Below, piece by piece: positions 1 through 10,824 of a stretch of 64,000 bases of DNA. Made by a program: the position numbers and the translations under genes. The DNA comes from an uncultured delta proteobacterium (lineage in GTDB: Bacteria > Myxococcota_A > Polyangia > Polyangiales > Polyangiaceae). Below the pieces are notes generated by a model. That model saw only the letters and a program-made list of their open reading frames with translations, searched no databases and was not told where the DNA came from. The number at the start of each line of letters is the position of its first letter. Within the stretch, counting starts at the first letter, position 1. The stretch is taken from positions 1,056,001-1,120,000 of the forward strand of contig CAWJCS010000006.1 in assembly GCA_963841435.1 (NCBI GenBank), read 5' to 3'.

Positions 1-389
1 TCGAGCACGATGCGCCGAGTCCAGGTCTCGTGGCGCTCGGAATCGGGCAGCACCTGCTCGAACAGGTGCGAGAACGGTCCGTGGCCGAGATCGTGAAGCA
101 GCGCGGCCGCCAGGGCTTCGCGCGCCCGCTCGGTGGTCACGCGCTGCCAGAAGGGGAGCGCCTCGTGGATGCTGCGAAGGCGCGCGAGCAGGCGGGTCAT
201 CACGAACGCCGAGCCGATGGCGTGGGAAAACCGGGTGTGATCCGCCCCCGGGTACGCGAACGAGGCGAGCCCGAGCTGGCGGATCCGGCGAAGGCGCTGC
301 ACCTCGCGCGCCTCGAGCAGCAAGAAGACAATCTCCTCCTCGGGGCGCTCGAAGGAGACGAGGCCGTGCACGGGGTCGCGCAGGATCAC
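1..389 (-). CDS. HD-domain phosphohydrolase (dNTP triphosphohydrolase-like), 3' end runs off the window
   Basis: Manual minus-strand translation from GTG at 389: MILRDPVHGLVSF...EVQRLRRIRQLGLASFAYPGADHTRFSHAIGS, the typical N-terminus of this HD family. Not in the ORF track. Confidence 0.85.
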   Translation of the reverse strand, partial: MILRDPVHGLVSFERPEEEIVFLLLEAREVQRLRRIRQLGLASFAYPGADHTRFSHAIGSAFVMTRLLARLRSIHEALPFWQRVTTERAREALAAALLHDLGHGPFSHLFEQVLPDSERHETWTRRIVL

Positions 390-581
390 GATTTTGCCGG
401 GAGTGTAGTCGTTGGCCCGTTCTCCAAGAAACCCCGAAAGGCCCGAAAGCGAGCGTGCCGGCAGGCTTCGTTGCCGAGAAGGAACGTTCAATCGGCCGGT
501 CGCTCTCGACAGCGGCCGAAATAGTGCGTAACTTTCTCCGGATATCCCTGTTTGCGGGAAACGCCCGCGCGGGGTCGGACC

Positions 582-2807
582 ATGGCGCGCACCACCATTC
601 CTCCCCCCTCCCGACCGCTCCGGCTGGTGGACCTGCTGCGTCAGCTCCCGGATACGGAGCTCGAGTCGCTCGTCACGCGCCTGAAGATCCGCGTGGATGG
701 AGCCAAGCGCATCGACACGGCGTCACAAGTGGCGCGCGTTTTACTTCAACTGCCCGAGCTCCGGGACCCCGGTATCCTACCTGGACCTACCCGTGAGCTC
801 CTCTATCGGATCGCGGAGGCCGGCGGTGTCCTGCTCGCTCGGTCGCTGCCGGCCGCCGTCGAGCCGCTGGTGCACCGGGGTGTGGTGTTCGCGCGGGGCC
901 ACGCCGACGGCGTCGAGCTGGTCCTGCCCGTCGCCCACCTCCTGCAGCTCAAGCCCTGGGAGGGTGAGGACCCCCGCGGCGCGCGGGCGCTGCTCTGGCA
1001 GGCCCACTCGGACGTCGCGTCGAGCATCGCGTCTCACTACCTCGGCCGCCCGGCCACGCCCCCGCTCGCGCTCTGCCTCGAGCCGGCCTGGGAGGTGCTC
1101 TACGACCTGCCGCGTCTCGCGCGCGAGGTCGAGGAGCTCGCGCCGCTCGAGCGCAAGCTGCTCGCCGCCGTCGAGCAGGTCGGCGGTGAGGTGGAGACCG
1201 AAGAGCTTCTGGACCTCGAGCGCGAGCCGCTTCGCCTGCGCGGCGCGATGGGCGCGACGCCCTCCCGGCGCGGGGTGGGCTTTGCTCTCGAGCGCCGAGC
1301 CTTTCTCGTGCCGGTGCACCCGAATCGCCACATCGTGCCCACCGAGGTCGCGATGGTGGTGGGGGCGCAGCGCCGGCTCGAGCGCGAGGCTCACCGCAAG
1401 GAAATCCGGACCTTCGTGCTCGGTGAGGATCACGCGCCGCGCCGTGCGCGCTTCGCCGAGGATCCCGCGCCGCTCTCGCTCGCGCTCGCGCTCGCGGTGC
1501 GCGATCCGGGCGTCGACGTGCGGCCCGGCATCGGTACGCCCCGTTCGCTGATCGCCAAGCTTGCCTCGCGCTTCGGCAAGGACTCCGATCACGTCGCTTT
1601 CATCGCAGCGCTCGGTCGCGCCATCGGTCTCTGGGATCCGTCGGCCATCGGCATCGCCTCGCCGCCCGGTGCACTGCCGGTCGCCGAGCTCGGTCGCGCC
1701 CTGTTCTCGGCCTGGCGCCGCGGCGGCGCCTGGGACGAAGCGCGCCCCGACGGCGAGGTGCTGCGCGCATCGCCCGAGATGCGCGAGTCGAGCGCGGCCG
1801 GCGTCATTCGCGATCTCGTGCTCGAGGCGCTTCAGGAGCTTTCGGACGGGCGCTGGGTGCCCTGGGAGGCCGTGGCCGCCTACGTGCGTTCCGACTCACG
1901 CACGCCTGGGGTCAAGCGCCTCGTCGAGCGGTGGGCCGCTCGCGCCGGGCTCGAGGCTCCGCTGCCCGAGGAGATTGCGCGACGCGTGGCGCTCGGTAGC
2001 CTGCACTTGCTCGGCGCCGTCAACCTCGGCGACCCCGAGGACGAAGAAGCGATGGGTCCCACGCTGCGCATCACGCCGCGCGGCCGCGCGTACCTGCGCG
2101 ATTCGGGCGAATCGCGGCCGTCGGGCGAGGCGAGCCGCTTCCTCGATCATCAAGCGCTGCGTATCGGCTCGGGCTCTCAGGTCGGCTCGGTGATCGCCCT
2201 TGCGCCGCTCGTCGAGGTGGGTGCCGTCGGCTCGGCGCTCGACGTGCTCGTGACGCCGCAGACGCTTTCGCACGCGCTGAGCGCCGGTTTCGAGGCGGAT
2301 GTCTTGCAGGCTCGTCTCGAGACGCTGGCACAGCTGCCCGACCCGATCGCGCGCAGTTTGGCTCAAGCGAGCGCCGTGCTGGGTCGCGGTGAGTTCGTCG
2401 CGACCGCCGGTTTTCTCTGGGTTGAAGATCCCGAGGTGCGGGAGCTGTTGCGGACGCGTCGGCAAACGGTCAACCTCTTCATCGATCCGTCGCCGCCGTC
2501 AGGCCTGCTCGTGCAACCGGGCGTCGATCTCGAACGTCTCGCTCGGCGCTGCCGATCGCTCGGGGTCGAGCTCATGGTTGGCGGCGAGCCCTACCGCGCG
2601 CGCTCGGTGCCGCCGGGCAAGGGCAGCGGCGCGAGGCGTCTCGAGTCGAGCGGCACGCTGCCGGCCATCCGCGCCGTGCGCGCGCCGTCGTCGGGGTCGA
2701 GGCAGGCCGCTCGGCGACAGGCTGGAAGTGCGAACGAGGCGCTGCCGGCTGCGCGGCGCGAAGAAGTGGTCATCGCTCCGCGCGACAAGCGCGGCGCCGG
2801 CGAGTGA
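582..2807 (+). CDS. Large hypothetical protein with a C-terminal helicase-associated (XPB/Ssl2 N-terminal-like, Helicase_C_3) domain
   Basis: ORF 552..2807, likely ATG at 582. Segment [33 protein letters not shown] resembles the helicase-associated domain. Confidence 0.6.
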   Translation: MARTTIPPPSRPLRLVDLLRQLPDTELESLVTRLKIRVDGAKRIDTASQVARVLLQLPELRDPGILPGPTRELLYRIAEAGGVLLARSLPAAVEPLVHRGVVFARGHADGVELVLPVAHLLQLKPWEGEDPRGARALLWQAHSDVASSIASHYLGRPATPPLALCLEPAWEVLYDLPRLAREVEELAPLERKLLAAVEQVGGEVETEELLDLEREPLRLRGAMGATPSRRGVGFALERRAFLVPVHPNRHIVPTEVAMVVGAQRRLEREAHRKEIRTFVLGEDHAPRRARFAEDPAPLSLALALAVRDPGVDVRPGIGTPRSLIAKLASRFGKDSDHVAFIAALGRAIGLWDPSAIGIASPPGALPVAELGRALFSAWRRGGAWDEARPDGEVLRASPEMRESSAAGVIRDLVLEALQELSDGRWVPWEAVAAYVRSDSRTPGVKRLVERWAARAGLEAPLPEEIARRVALGSLHLLGAVNLGDPEDEEAMGPTLRITPRGRAYLRDSGESRPSGEASRFLDHQALRIGSGSQVGSVIALAPLVEVGAVGSALDVLVTPQTLSHALSAGFEADVLQARLETLAQLPDPIARSLAQASAVLGRGEFVATAGFLWVEDPEVRELLRTRRQTVNLFIDPSPPSGLLVQPGVDLERLARRCRSLGVELMVGGEPYRARSVPPGKGSGARRLESSGTLPAIRAVRAPSSGSRQAARRQAGSANEALPAARREEVVIAPRDKRGAGE

Positions 2808-2862
2808 CCCCCGAGCGCTGGTCTCGAGCTCGACGAGCCTTCCGAGACTGCTCGAGTCGAGG

Positions 2863-4122
2863 CTAGGCGCCGAGGCGCTTTCGCAACCAGTCTTCGGCTC
2901 CGGGGCTCGGGCTCACGTGCACCACGCGGCCTCCTCGCACGAACACCTCGGCCGGGAGTGGGCGCCCGTTGTATTCGCTCGCCATCACGAAGCCGTAGGC
3001 GCCAACATCGCGGATCGCGACCAGCGCGGGTGGCGTCGGGCCGAGCGGGTGCACGCCGAAGTCGTCCGCGCTTTCGCACACGGGACCGACGATACGCCAC
3101 TCGTCTTCGCCGGGCGCGTGCTCGAGCGGCTCGATGCGGTGCTTGGCGGCGTAGAGCGCGGGGCGCAAGAGGTCGTTCATCCCTGCGTCGATCATCACCC
3201 AGCGTCGCGCGTCGCTCACCTTCGTCTGCAGCACGTTCGCCACGAGCACGCCGAAGGGGCCGACGAGCGCGCGGCCAGGCTCGATGACGAGTGTGAGCTC
3301 GCCGAGCCCCTCGTTCGCGAGCAGGCCGAGCGCCGCGCGGACGAAGGCGCCCGGCTCCTGAGCCGGGGCCCCGCCGTAGTCGATGCCGAAGCCGCCGCCG
3401 AAGTCGACGTAACGGAGTGGCGTGCGCGCGTGTCGCTCCCGAGCGATCGAAACGACGACGCGCGCCGCCGCGAGGTAAGGCTCCGGATCGCGCAGCATCG
3501 AGCCGACGTGCGCCGAAACGCCGACCGCCTCGAGCTCGGGGCTGGCGTCGGCGACGGTCCAGGCACGCGCCACGTCGCTCCGGGGTATCCCGAACTTGGC
3601 GTCGTCGTGACCCGTCGCCACGTGCGCGTGGGTGTCGGCTGCGACGCCGGGGTTGACGCGCAGGGCGACGCGCGCCGTCCGGCCCAGCGCCCGTGCCCGG
3701 CTCGCGACCCGGACGAGCTCCTCGACGCTTTCCACTTGAATCGCCATGATTTCGCGCGCGACCGCGAGATCGATCTCCGCGTCCGTTTTTGCCACGCCGC
3801 TCATGACGACCCGCGCGGGCGTGATCCCCGCCGCCATCGCGAGCTCGAGCTCGGCTCCCGAGACGACGTCGGCCCCCGTGCCCTCCGCGGCGAGCGCGCG
3901 CACGACGCTCCCCGCGCTATTGGCTTTGACGGCGTAGGCCGTCAGGTGCGGGGCGCCCCCGAAGGCGGCCTCGAGCGCACGGGCAGCGGCCGCGAGGCCG
4001 TCCAGGTCATAGAGGTACGCGGGTGTCGAGACACCCGCCTGGCGAAGCAGGGTGGAAAGTGGCGCACCGCCGAAACATGCGGCGCCTTGCGCATCGCGTC
4101 GAAAGCCCGAGGGGTGAGTCAC
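2863..4122 (-). CDS. lysA: Diaminopimelate decarboxylase
   Basis: TPAYLYD, YAVKAN (PLP lysine), [31 protein letters not shown]...SEYNGRP motifs. Start estimated at GTG 4122. Confidence 0.95.
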   Translation of the reverse strand: MTHPSGFRRDAQGAACFGGAPLSTLLRQAGVSTPAYLYDLDGLAAAARALEAAFGGAPHLTAYAVKANSAGSVVRALAAEGTGADVVSGAELELAMAAGITPARVVMSGVAKTDAEIDLAVAREIMAIQVESVEELVRVASRARALGRTARVALRVNPGVAADTHAHVATGHDDAKFGIPRSDVARAWTVADASPELEAVGVSAHVGSMLRDPEPYLAAARVVVSIARERHARTPLRYVDFGGGFGIDYGGAPAQEPGAFVRAALGLLANEGLGELTLVIEPGRALVGPFGVLVANVLQTKVSDARRWVMIDAGMNDLLRPALYAAKHRIEPLEHAPGEDEWRIVGPVCESADDFGVHPLGPTPPALVAIRDVGAYGFVMASEYNGRPLPAEVFVRGGRVVHVSPSPGAEDWLRKRLGA

Positions 4123-4236
4123 GTCATAAAAGGGGGCGAGGTGGGAGGAGAACCTACCCCATTTCGTCGGGGCGTGTGGCATGCTGGTTTCGGATTCTGC
4201 CCGACACGAACGTTTGCGGCAGCTCGTCCACTCTTC

Positions 4237-5635
4237 ATGATTTCTCGTCGAGCCAAGATCGTCTGCACCATCGGTCCCGCCGTGGAGACTCGCGAGAGCA
4301 TCCGCGAGCTCATCGAAGCGGGCATGGATGTCGCCCGCTTAAACTTCTCCCACGGCGAGCCCGCCGACCACCAAAAACGCCTCGAGCTCGTGCGCAGTGA
4401 AAGCAATGCGCTCGGCAAGCCTGTGGCGATTTTGCAGGACCTCTGTGGGCCTGAAATACCGCACCGGCAAGCATGGCCCCGCCTCGCTCACCGCGGGCGA
4501 CTCCGTCGAGCTGGTCTCCGGAGACGGCGACGACCAGACCATCGGCGTCGAGTACCAGGGTCTCTCGGAGGACGTGCGGGTCGAGGACCGTATCTTGTTG
4601 TCCGACGGACAGGTCGAGCTCCGGGTCGTCGGGATCCGCGGCGACCGCGTCGAGGCTCGCGTGGAGCACGGCGGTCCGATGCGCGCCCGCATGGGCGTCA
4701 ATCTCCCGTCGGGGAGCCTGAAGCTCGGGGCGCTCACGGAGAAGGACAAGCGCGACCTCGAGTTCGGTCTCTCGATCGGCGTCGACTACGTCGCGCTTTC
4801 GTTCGTGCGACGCGCCGAGGAGGTGCAGGAGCTGCGCGAGATGTGCCAGCGCTTCGGCCGCCCCACGCCCATCGTCGCAAAGATCGAGACACCGAACGCC
4901 GTGGAGCGCCTGGATTCCATCGTGCGCACGGCGGACGCCGCCATGGTTGCACGCGGCGATCTCGGCGTGGAGCTGCCGCCGGAAACGGTGCCCGTCATCC
5001 AAAAGCAGATCATCGGCACCTGCCGCATCCACCGAAAGCCCGTGATCGTGGCGACCGAAATGCTCCAGTCGATGGTCGATTCTCCGCGGCCCACGCGCGC
5101 GGAATCGAGCGACGTGGCGCACGCCGTGTTCGGCGGCACGGACGCCGTGATGCTCTCGGCCGAGACGGCCACGGGAAAATATCCCATCCACGCCTGCCGC
5201 ATGATGGACCGCATCATCCGCCAGGCCGAGGCGAGCCGCTTCTTGAACCTTGCGGCTTCCGAGCCCGACCACACGACGCCCGACGCCATCGCCCACGCGG
5301 CCTGCTCGATCGCGCGCGAGGTCGGGGCGAAGCTCATCGTGGCGCTCACGGAGACGGGCGTCACCGCGCGCCTCGTGTCGAAGGCGCGGCCACCCGTGCC
5401 CATTCTCGCGTTCTCGACCGAGGAGAACGTGCTGCGAAGGCTCGCGCTCTACTGGGGCGTGCAGCCGCGCTCGCTGGTTGCCAAGGCCAATCTCGAAGAT
5501 CAAGTTCGTGACCTCAGTCAGGTGCTCACGGATCGCGGAATGCTGAAATCCGGCGAGCGCTACGTCATGGTGTACGGCGCACGCGTGGGCGTGCGAGGTG
5601 CCACCAACGCCGTGAGGGTCGAGCAGTTGCCGTGA
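4237..5635 (+). CDS. pyk: Pyruvate kinase, with a +1 frameshift near 4450-4460 (probable sequence error)
   Basis: [14 protein letters not shown]...ARLNFSHG...ILQDLCGP in one frame; RTGK...AKIET...[10 protein letters not shown]...ATEMLQSM...PTRAE...MLSAETA in the next frame. Confidence 0.93.
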
Positions 5636-7503
5636 CGGGAAGGTAGGAGCCGCTGATCGCGCCCGCCGAAGCCAAGCCGGAGCTTTCGAAATACGAGCTC
5701 TGCCGGGAGATCGGCCACGGCGGCATGGCGACCGTGTATCTCGCGCGCGACCGGCGCCTGGGGCGCGAGGTCGCGCTGAAGATCATTCACCGCCACCTGC
5801 GGGAAAATACCGAGGTCGCGGCGCGGTTCGCGAGCGAAGCGCGCGCCGTCGCGAAGCTCAAGCACCCCAACATCGTCGAGGTTTACGACGTTTCGGACGA
5901 GACCGAGCCGGAGCGTTATCTCGTGGTCGAGTTCGTGCGTGGCACCACGTTGCGGGCGCTCATGGCCGAGCACGAGCGCTTGCCGACCGAGATTGCGGCC
6001 ATCATCGGCGTCGAGGTCGCGCTCGGCCTCGGTCATGCTCACGACTTCGGCGTCATTCACCGCGACGTGAAGCCCGAGAACGTGCTGATCGCCGCGCCGT
6101 CTCTCGGCCAGTCTGCCGACCGTACGAGCTACCCGGACGATCCACTCGTCAAGATCACCGATTTCGGGATCGCGAAGCTGCTCGACGCGCAGGGCGTCAC
6201 GTCGACGGGCCAGGTGCTCGGTTCGCCCGCGCACATGGCGCCCGAGCAGATCGAGGGTGGTGACGTCGACGCGCGCTCGGACGTGTTCGGCCTCGGCGTG
6301 ATGCTCTACGAGTCGATGGTCGGTCGGCTGCCCTTCGACGGGAAGAACCCCGCGCAGGTGCTGCGCCGCGTGCTCGACGGCGCCTTCACGCCCCCCGACA
6401 AGGCGCGCCCGAGCGTGGGCGCGCAGTTTTCGGCCATCGTGTCGCGCGCGCTCGCGCACGAGCAGCCGGGTCGCTACGCGAGCGCGCAGGAGCTCGCCGA
6501 GGCGCTCAGGACCGAGCTCACGGAGCTCGGTTTCTTGGATTTACGCGGCGAGCTTCGGTCATTCCTGACTGATCCGGCCGCGTACAAGGCAGGTTACGAG
6601 GATCGCATCGTCGATAGGCTCGTGCGCCGAGCGAGCGACGCGCGGCTCACGCGCAACATCCCGCTCTCGGCGGCGTGCCTGAACCGCGCGCTCGCGATGC
6701 GCCCCGACGACGCCGACCTGCTCGCCGAGGTGTCGAGCCTCGGACGGGCCGAGCGGCTGCGCCGCAATCTGCGCACGGGCGCGCTCGCTCTCGGCGGCAG
6801 CGCGCTCGTGGCGGCGCTTTCGTTCGGACTCTCGAGCGTGCCCTCTCCAGGCGCACGCTCGAAGGCGGCACCGGCGGCCGACCCGTCCTCCGCGGCCCTG
6901 GGGAGCGAGGCCATGCCGCGCGCGTCCGCGTCCGGCGCCGCGCGCGCGAAGAAGAAGCGGACCGAGTCCGCCACCGACGACACGGAGGACGTCCCGAAGC
7001 GGCCCCCGCTCCGGCCGGCCGTCAACCGCACGCCCGAGCCTCCCGTCGAGGTGGAGCATGCGCCCGTTCGCATCGCCGTTGACGGACCCCAGAACGCCAC
7101 CATCCGCCTGGACGGCGCCGAGCTTCGCGATTGGTTCGGAACGCAGAGCATCAGCGTGGGCACCCACGTGTTCGAGTTCATCCCCCCGAACAGCGAGTGC
7201 TGCGAGGGTGCTCAGCGCCTGACCGTCGAGGTCCGCCCGCCGGCCGGCAACGGGGAGCCGCAGCGGGTTCGTGGCCGCATCGCCTTCAAAGGCGCCATGC
7301 TCGACCTCCGGGGCACTCCTGGGACGCGGGCGAGCTGCGGCGAGCTCGGGGAATTTCCGGTTCCGAGCCGGCAGACCTTCGAGATGGCCACGGCCGTGCG
7401 TCCGGCGCGCTGCACGCTCATCCCCTCGCCGGGAAGCGGTGCCCTCCCGAAAGAATTTGACGTCACCCTGAGCCCCGGCCGACTCTCGAGTATCGGCCCC
7501 TGA
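5632..7503 (+). CDS. Ser/Thr protein kinase with a membrane segment and C-terminal extension; start anomalous
   Basis: YELCREIGHGGMATVY, VALK, IHRDVKPEN, DFGIAK, APEQ motifs. The first ATG (5725) lies inside the Gly-rich loop, so the true start is upstream (see findings). Confidence 0.9.
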
Positions 7504-7519
7504 ACGGGCCTGCTCGAGC

Positions 7520-8623
7520 ATGTGCTCCGCCCAACGGTCGATAGTGGTGGCGGCCTTCGCCGGAGTCCTGTGCGCCTCGTCGGTAGCGGGCGCAGAGGCG
7601 AAAGGTGCCGACGTGGCCGCGCCACCGGCACGCTGGCCGGCTGCGAAAACGCCCGCGAGCGCCGCGCCGCCGTCTGCCGGCAAGGCAACCGCCACAAGCC
7701 CGCCCGCCGGTGAGGCAGCGTCGGCGTCGTCGCCGGACGCCGATCTCGACGAAGAGGAGCTCAGCGACGAGGCCGAGCTTGCGCGCATCGTGGGTCTCGT
7801 GGGCGCTGCGCGCTACGAGGAATGTGCCGCGCGGCTCAGCGAGCTGCTCGGTCCGAAGAGCAAGCGTCCGCTCACGGATCCGGACGTCATAGAGACCGCG
7901 CGAATCTACGACGCGACCTGTCTCTTGGGCCTCGACAAGCCCGAGGCCGCCGACGAGCCGCTGCGCGCCGCCATCCGCAAGAACCCGCAGATGCGCGCAC
8001 CCGACAGCCTCGTGTTCCCGCAGAAGGTCGTCGACCGCTTCCTCAAGGTGCGCGAAGAGCTCTACAGCGAGCTCCGCGCCGCCGAGGCCCAGGCGATCGA
8101 CAAGGCGCGGCGCCAGGCGCGCGAGAAACAGCGGCGCGACAGCGAGGACTGGGCTCGCATGCTGCTGCTCGAGCGGCTGGCGCGCCAGGAGGTGCTGATC
8201 ACCAAGAACCACCGCTACATCGCGATGGTCCCCTTCGGTGTCGGCCAGTTTCAAAATGCCGACAAACCGCTCGGTTGGCTCTTCTTCGGAGCCGAAGCCG
8301 CGCTCGGCATCAGCGCGCTCACGTCGCTCGGCGTCCACAGCCACTTGCAGGCGCAGGCCGATCGCATCGCCTCGCGCGGCGGCGTGGCACCGGGTGTCGG
8401 TGATCGATTGCACGCCTGGTGGCTCGCGCTCAACGTGAGCACCTACGGGCTCATCGGCGTGGCGGCGGTCGGGATCACGCAGGCTCAGGTCGCGTTCGTG
8501 CCCGAGGTACGCACCGTGCGCGAGCGCAAGCTGCCGCCGTTGAATCGAGGCACGCTCGAGCTCGCGCCGAACGTCGCCGTGGGCGCGGGCGGGCTCGAGC
8601 TCGGGCTCACGGGGCGGTTCTAG
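7520..8623 (+). CDS. Secreted/membrane hypothetical protein with a TPR-like helical region (common kinase partner in myxobacteria)
   Basis: Signal-peptide-like N-terminus, helical repeat region, PFGVGQFQN followed by hydrophobic segments. Confidence 0.65.
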   Translation: MCSAQRSIVVAAFAGVLCASSVAGAEAKGADVAAPPARWPAAKTPASAAPPSAGKATATSPPAGEAASASSPDADLDEEELSDEAELARIVGLVGAARYEECAARLSELLGPKSKRPLTDPDVIETARIYDATCLLGLDKPEAADEPLRAAIRKNPQMRAPDSLVFPQKVVDRFLKVREELYSELRAAEAQAIDKARRQAREKQRRDSEDWARMLLLERLARQEVLITKNHRYIAMVPFGVGQFQNADKPLGWLFFGAEAALGISALTSLGVHSHLQAQADRIASRGGVAPGVGDRLHAWWLALNVSTYGLIGVAAVGITQAQVAFVPEVRTVRERKLPPLNRGTLELAPNVAVGAGGLELGLTGRF

Positions 8624-8755
8624 GCTCGACTCGGGCAGGCTCGGTAGGCAAGAGCGCGAGCAGCGCCTCGCCACACCGGAGAGCCGGCGAGGCCGGCGCC
8701 ATGCCGAGGACCCCGAGCCACCACACCGTGTCGCGCCGCGCGACCGGCCGCGGTC

Positions 8756-9328
8756 TCATGCGGGCATCGCCGGCGACGAGGGTGGGGGTTCACCGTGCGC
8801 AGCGACGCGCTTTTTCGCTCCCTCGGCGGCGGCGCGCGAAAGCGACGCGCGGAGCCCGTCGAGAGCGCGCCGGGTCGCGCGCCGCTGGATGGCGCCGACC
8901 AGCGTGATGCCGAGTGCGATGGCGAGTAGGGCGTAGAACGTCTCCCCGACGCCGAGCGCGCCGCGCACCGCGTAAGCACCCGCACCGAGCAGGACGGCCG
9001 TCGTGGCAAAGTCGCGCGCCCGGCCGCGATCGAGTGACTTTCGCGCGAGGCCGAGCGCGCGCCCGACGACGGCAGCCATCGTGTCCGGGGACGTTCCGCC
9101 CCCGAGGGCCTCGACGATGGCGTTGGCCACGCCGGCGAAGGCGGCTCCGCGCGCGCGCGAGCACACCTCGGCCGCGCGCTCGGGGCGCCCGGCGGCGAGC
9201 GCGCGCTCGAGCTCGGGACCGAGGCGGCGGAGCTCGACGAGACCGGTGCGAAGCTCCACGGTGCGCACGAGGGCGACGAGCGCTCCGATCAGGGTCACGG
9301 CTTCGAGTGTCGGGAACTCGTCGGGCAT
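8756..9328 (-). CDS. Membrane protein, possibly MotA/TolQ/ExbB-like
   Basis: ATG at 9328. One N-terminal TM helix, ALAAGRPERAAEVC segment, two C-terminal TM helices. Confidence 0.45.
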   Translation of the reverse strand: MPDEFPTLEAVTLIGALVALVRTVELRTGLVELRRLGPELERALAAGRPERAAEVCSRARGAAFAGVANAIVEALGGGTSPDTMAAVVGRALGLARKSLDRGRARDFATTAVLLGAGAYAVRGALGVGETFYALLAIALGITLVGAIQRRATRRALDGLRASLSRAAAEGAKKRVAAHGEPPPSSPAMPA

Positions 9329-9639
9329 CGGAGGGGCAGCCCTGTCCGTTAGCAGGGCAGGGCGCCTACGTCTTTTACCCCCTCCTGAGCGGGCGGAGCC
9401 CGCGATTTGGCAGGGGGTCGGCCGCCCGCAGGCGCTCGGCGGCGCCGTGCCCGGCCGCCCCGGGGAGGCCGAGCGCCGAGGACGGACGGGGGGAGGCAGC
9501 ATTCCGCTCGGGCGGTTGAGACGCGGGTAGGGGCCCGGCCGGGCGCCCTGTCCCGGCTCGGGGGTGAAAGCTCGCGGCGCGGCGAGCGTTTGGACGTCAC
9601 AGCGCGAATGGCGCGCTCGCACGTAGGAGCCAATCCGGC

Positions 9640-10824
9640 ATGGATCGCATCGGCCAGTACGACATCGTGCGCCTGCTCGGCGAGGGCGGCATGGGCAAGG
9701 TCTACGAGGCGACCGAGCGCCTCTCGGGGCGGCGGGTCGCGCTCAAGGTGCTCAGGCCGGAGCTCTGCCGCTCGGAGCCGGTCCGGCGCTTGTTCGAGAA
9801 CGAGATGAGCATCCTGGCCGGGCTCGACCACCCGCACGTCGTGCGCTGTCTCGCCTGCGCCGAGGTGGACGGCGAGCTCATGATGGCGCTCGAGCTTTTG
9901 CCGGGGCGCACGCTGCGCGAGGTGCTGCGCGAAAAGGGGCGGCTCGACTGGGTCGAGGCGGCGGGGCTCGTCGGCCAGATCGCGCGGGCGCTCGGCGCGG
10001 CCCACGAGCACGAGCCGCCCATCGTGCACCGCGACTTGAAGCCCGAGAACGTGATGGTGCTCGACGACGGCACGGCGAAGGTCACCGATTTCGGGGTCGC
10101 GAAGCTCGTCGCGGCGCTCGGCTCGGCGACGACGCATAGCGTGGGCACGCTCGCCTACATGAGCCCCGAGCAAATCGACGCCGGGCCCGTCGATCAACGC
10201 AGCGATCTCTACGCGCTCGGGGTGGTGCTCTACGAGCTGCTCGCGGGCCAGCCGCCGTTTCAGTCGAGCTCGCCGCGTGAGCTTTTGAACCTCGCGTGCA
10301 CGGCGGCGCCGCCGCCGCTCGACGAGCCGGTGCGCCGCACGCTGCCGCGCGGCGTCGAACGGCTGCTCTTCGAGCTGCTCGAGAAGCGACCAGAGTCGCG
10401 CCCTGGGTCGGCGGCGGACGTGCTCGCGGCGCTCGAGCCGTTCCTGCCGGACGACGGCGACCCGAGCGCTCCGCGCCCGCGTTCGTCCCGCGAGCGAGCC
10501 GAGGCGCCCACGCTGCCGTCGGTGTCGTCGGGCGCCGGTGAAGAGGCCGAGGAGCCGTCCGGCGCGGCGAACGTGACCGGCAGCGACGCGGCGCCGTCGG
10601 GCGTGGGGGCCGCGCCGGCGCCGGCCAGGACGGCGCGGCGCGAGGACACGATCTTGCTGCTCGAAGGCCGGGCACGCGTGCCGCGCGAGCTGCCGCTCCG
10701 CACGGCGCTCGGCGTGATCGCGCTGGCGTCGGCGCTCGCCGGCATCGTCACGTATTTTTCCGCGCGGGGCGCGGATGCGCCGCGCGACGACCCCGGCGAG
10801 CTCATCGGCCGGAGCGGTCCGTGA
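9640..10824 (+). CDS. Ser/Thr protein kinase with a C-terminal TM helix
   Basis: LGEGGMGKVY, VALK, VHRDLKPEN, DFGVAK, GTLAYMSPEQ motifs. Confidence 0.95.
   Translation: MDRIGQYDIVRLLGEGGMGKVYEATERLSGRRVALKVLRPELCRSEPVRRLFENEMSILAGLDHPHVVRCLACAEVDGELMMALELLPGRTLREVLREKGRLDWVEAAGLVGQIARALGAAHEHEPPIVHRDLKPENVMVLDDGTAKVTDFGVAKLVAALGSATTHSVGTLAYMSPEQIDAGPVDQRSDLYALGVVLYELLAGQPPFQSSSPRELLNLACTAAPPPLDEPVRRTLPRGVERLLFELLEKRPESRPGSAADVLAALEPFLPDDGDPSAPRPRSSRERAEAPTLPSVSSGAGEEAEEPSGAANVTGSDAAPSGVGAAPAPARTARREDTILLLEGRARVPRELPLRTALGVIALASALAGIVTYFSARGADAPRDDPGELIGRSGP

Noticed and set aside
2299-5511. 1070-aa plus-strand ORF
   Set aside because: It is the antisense shadow of lysA, followed by the true pyk N-terminus and then out-of-frame pyk; not a real fusion.
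5644-5646. Pyrrolysine or alternative-code readthrough of TAG
   Set aside because: TAG serves as a normal stop for many genes here and no pyl genes are in the window.
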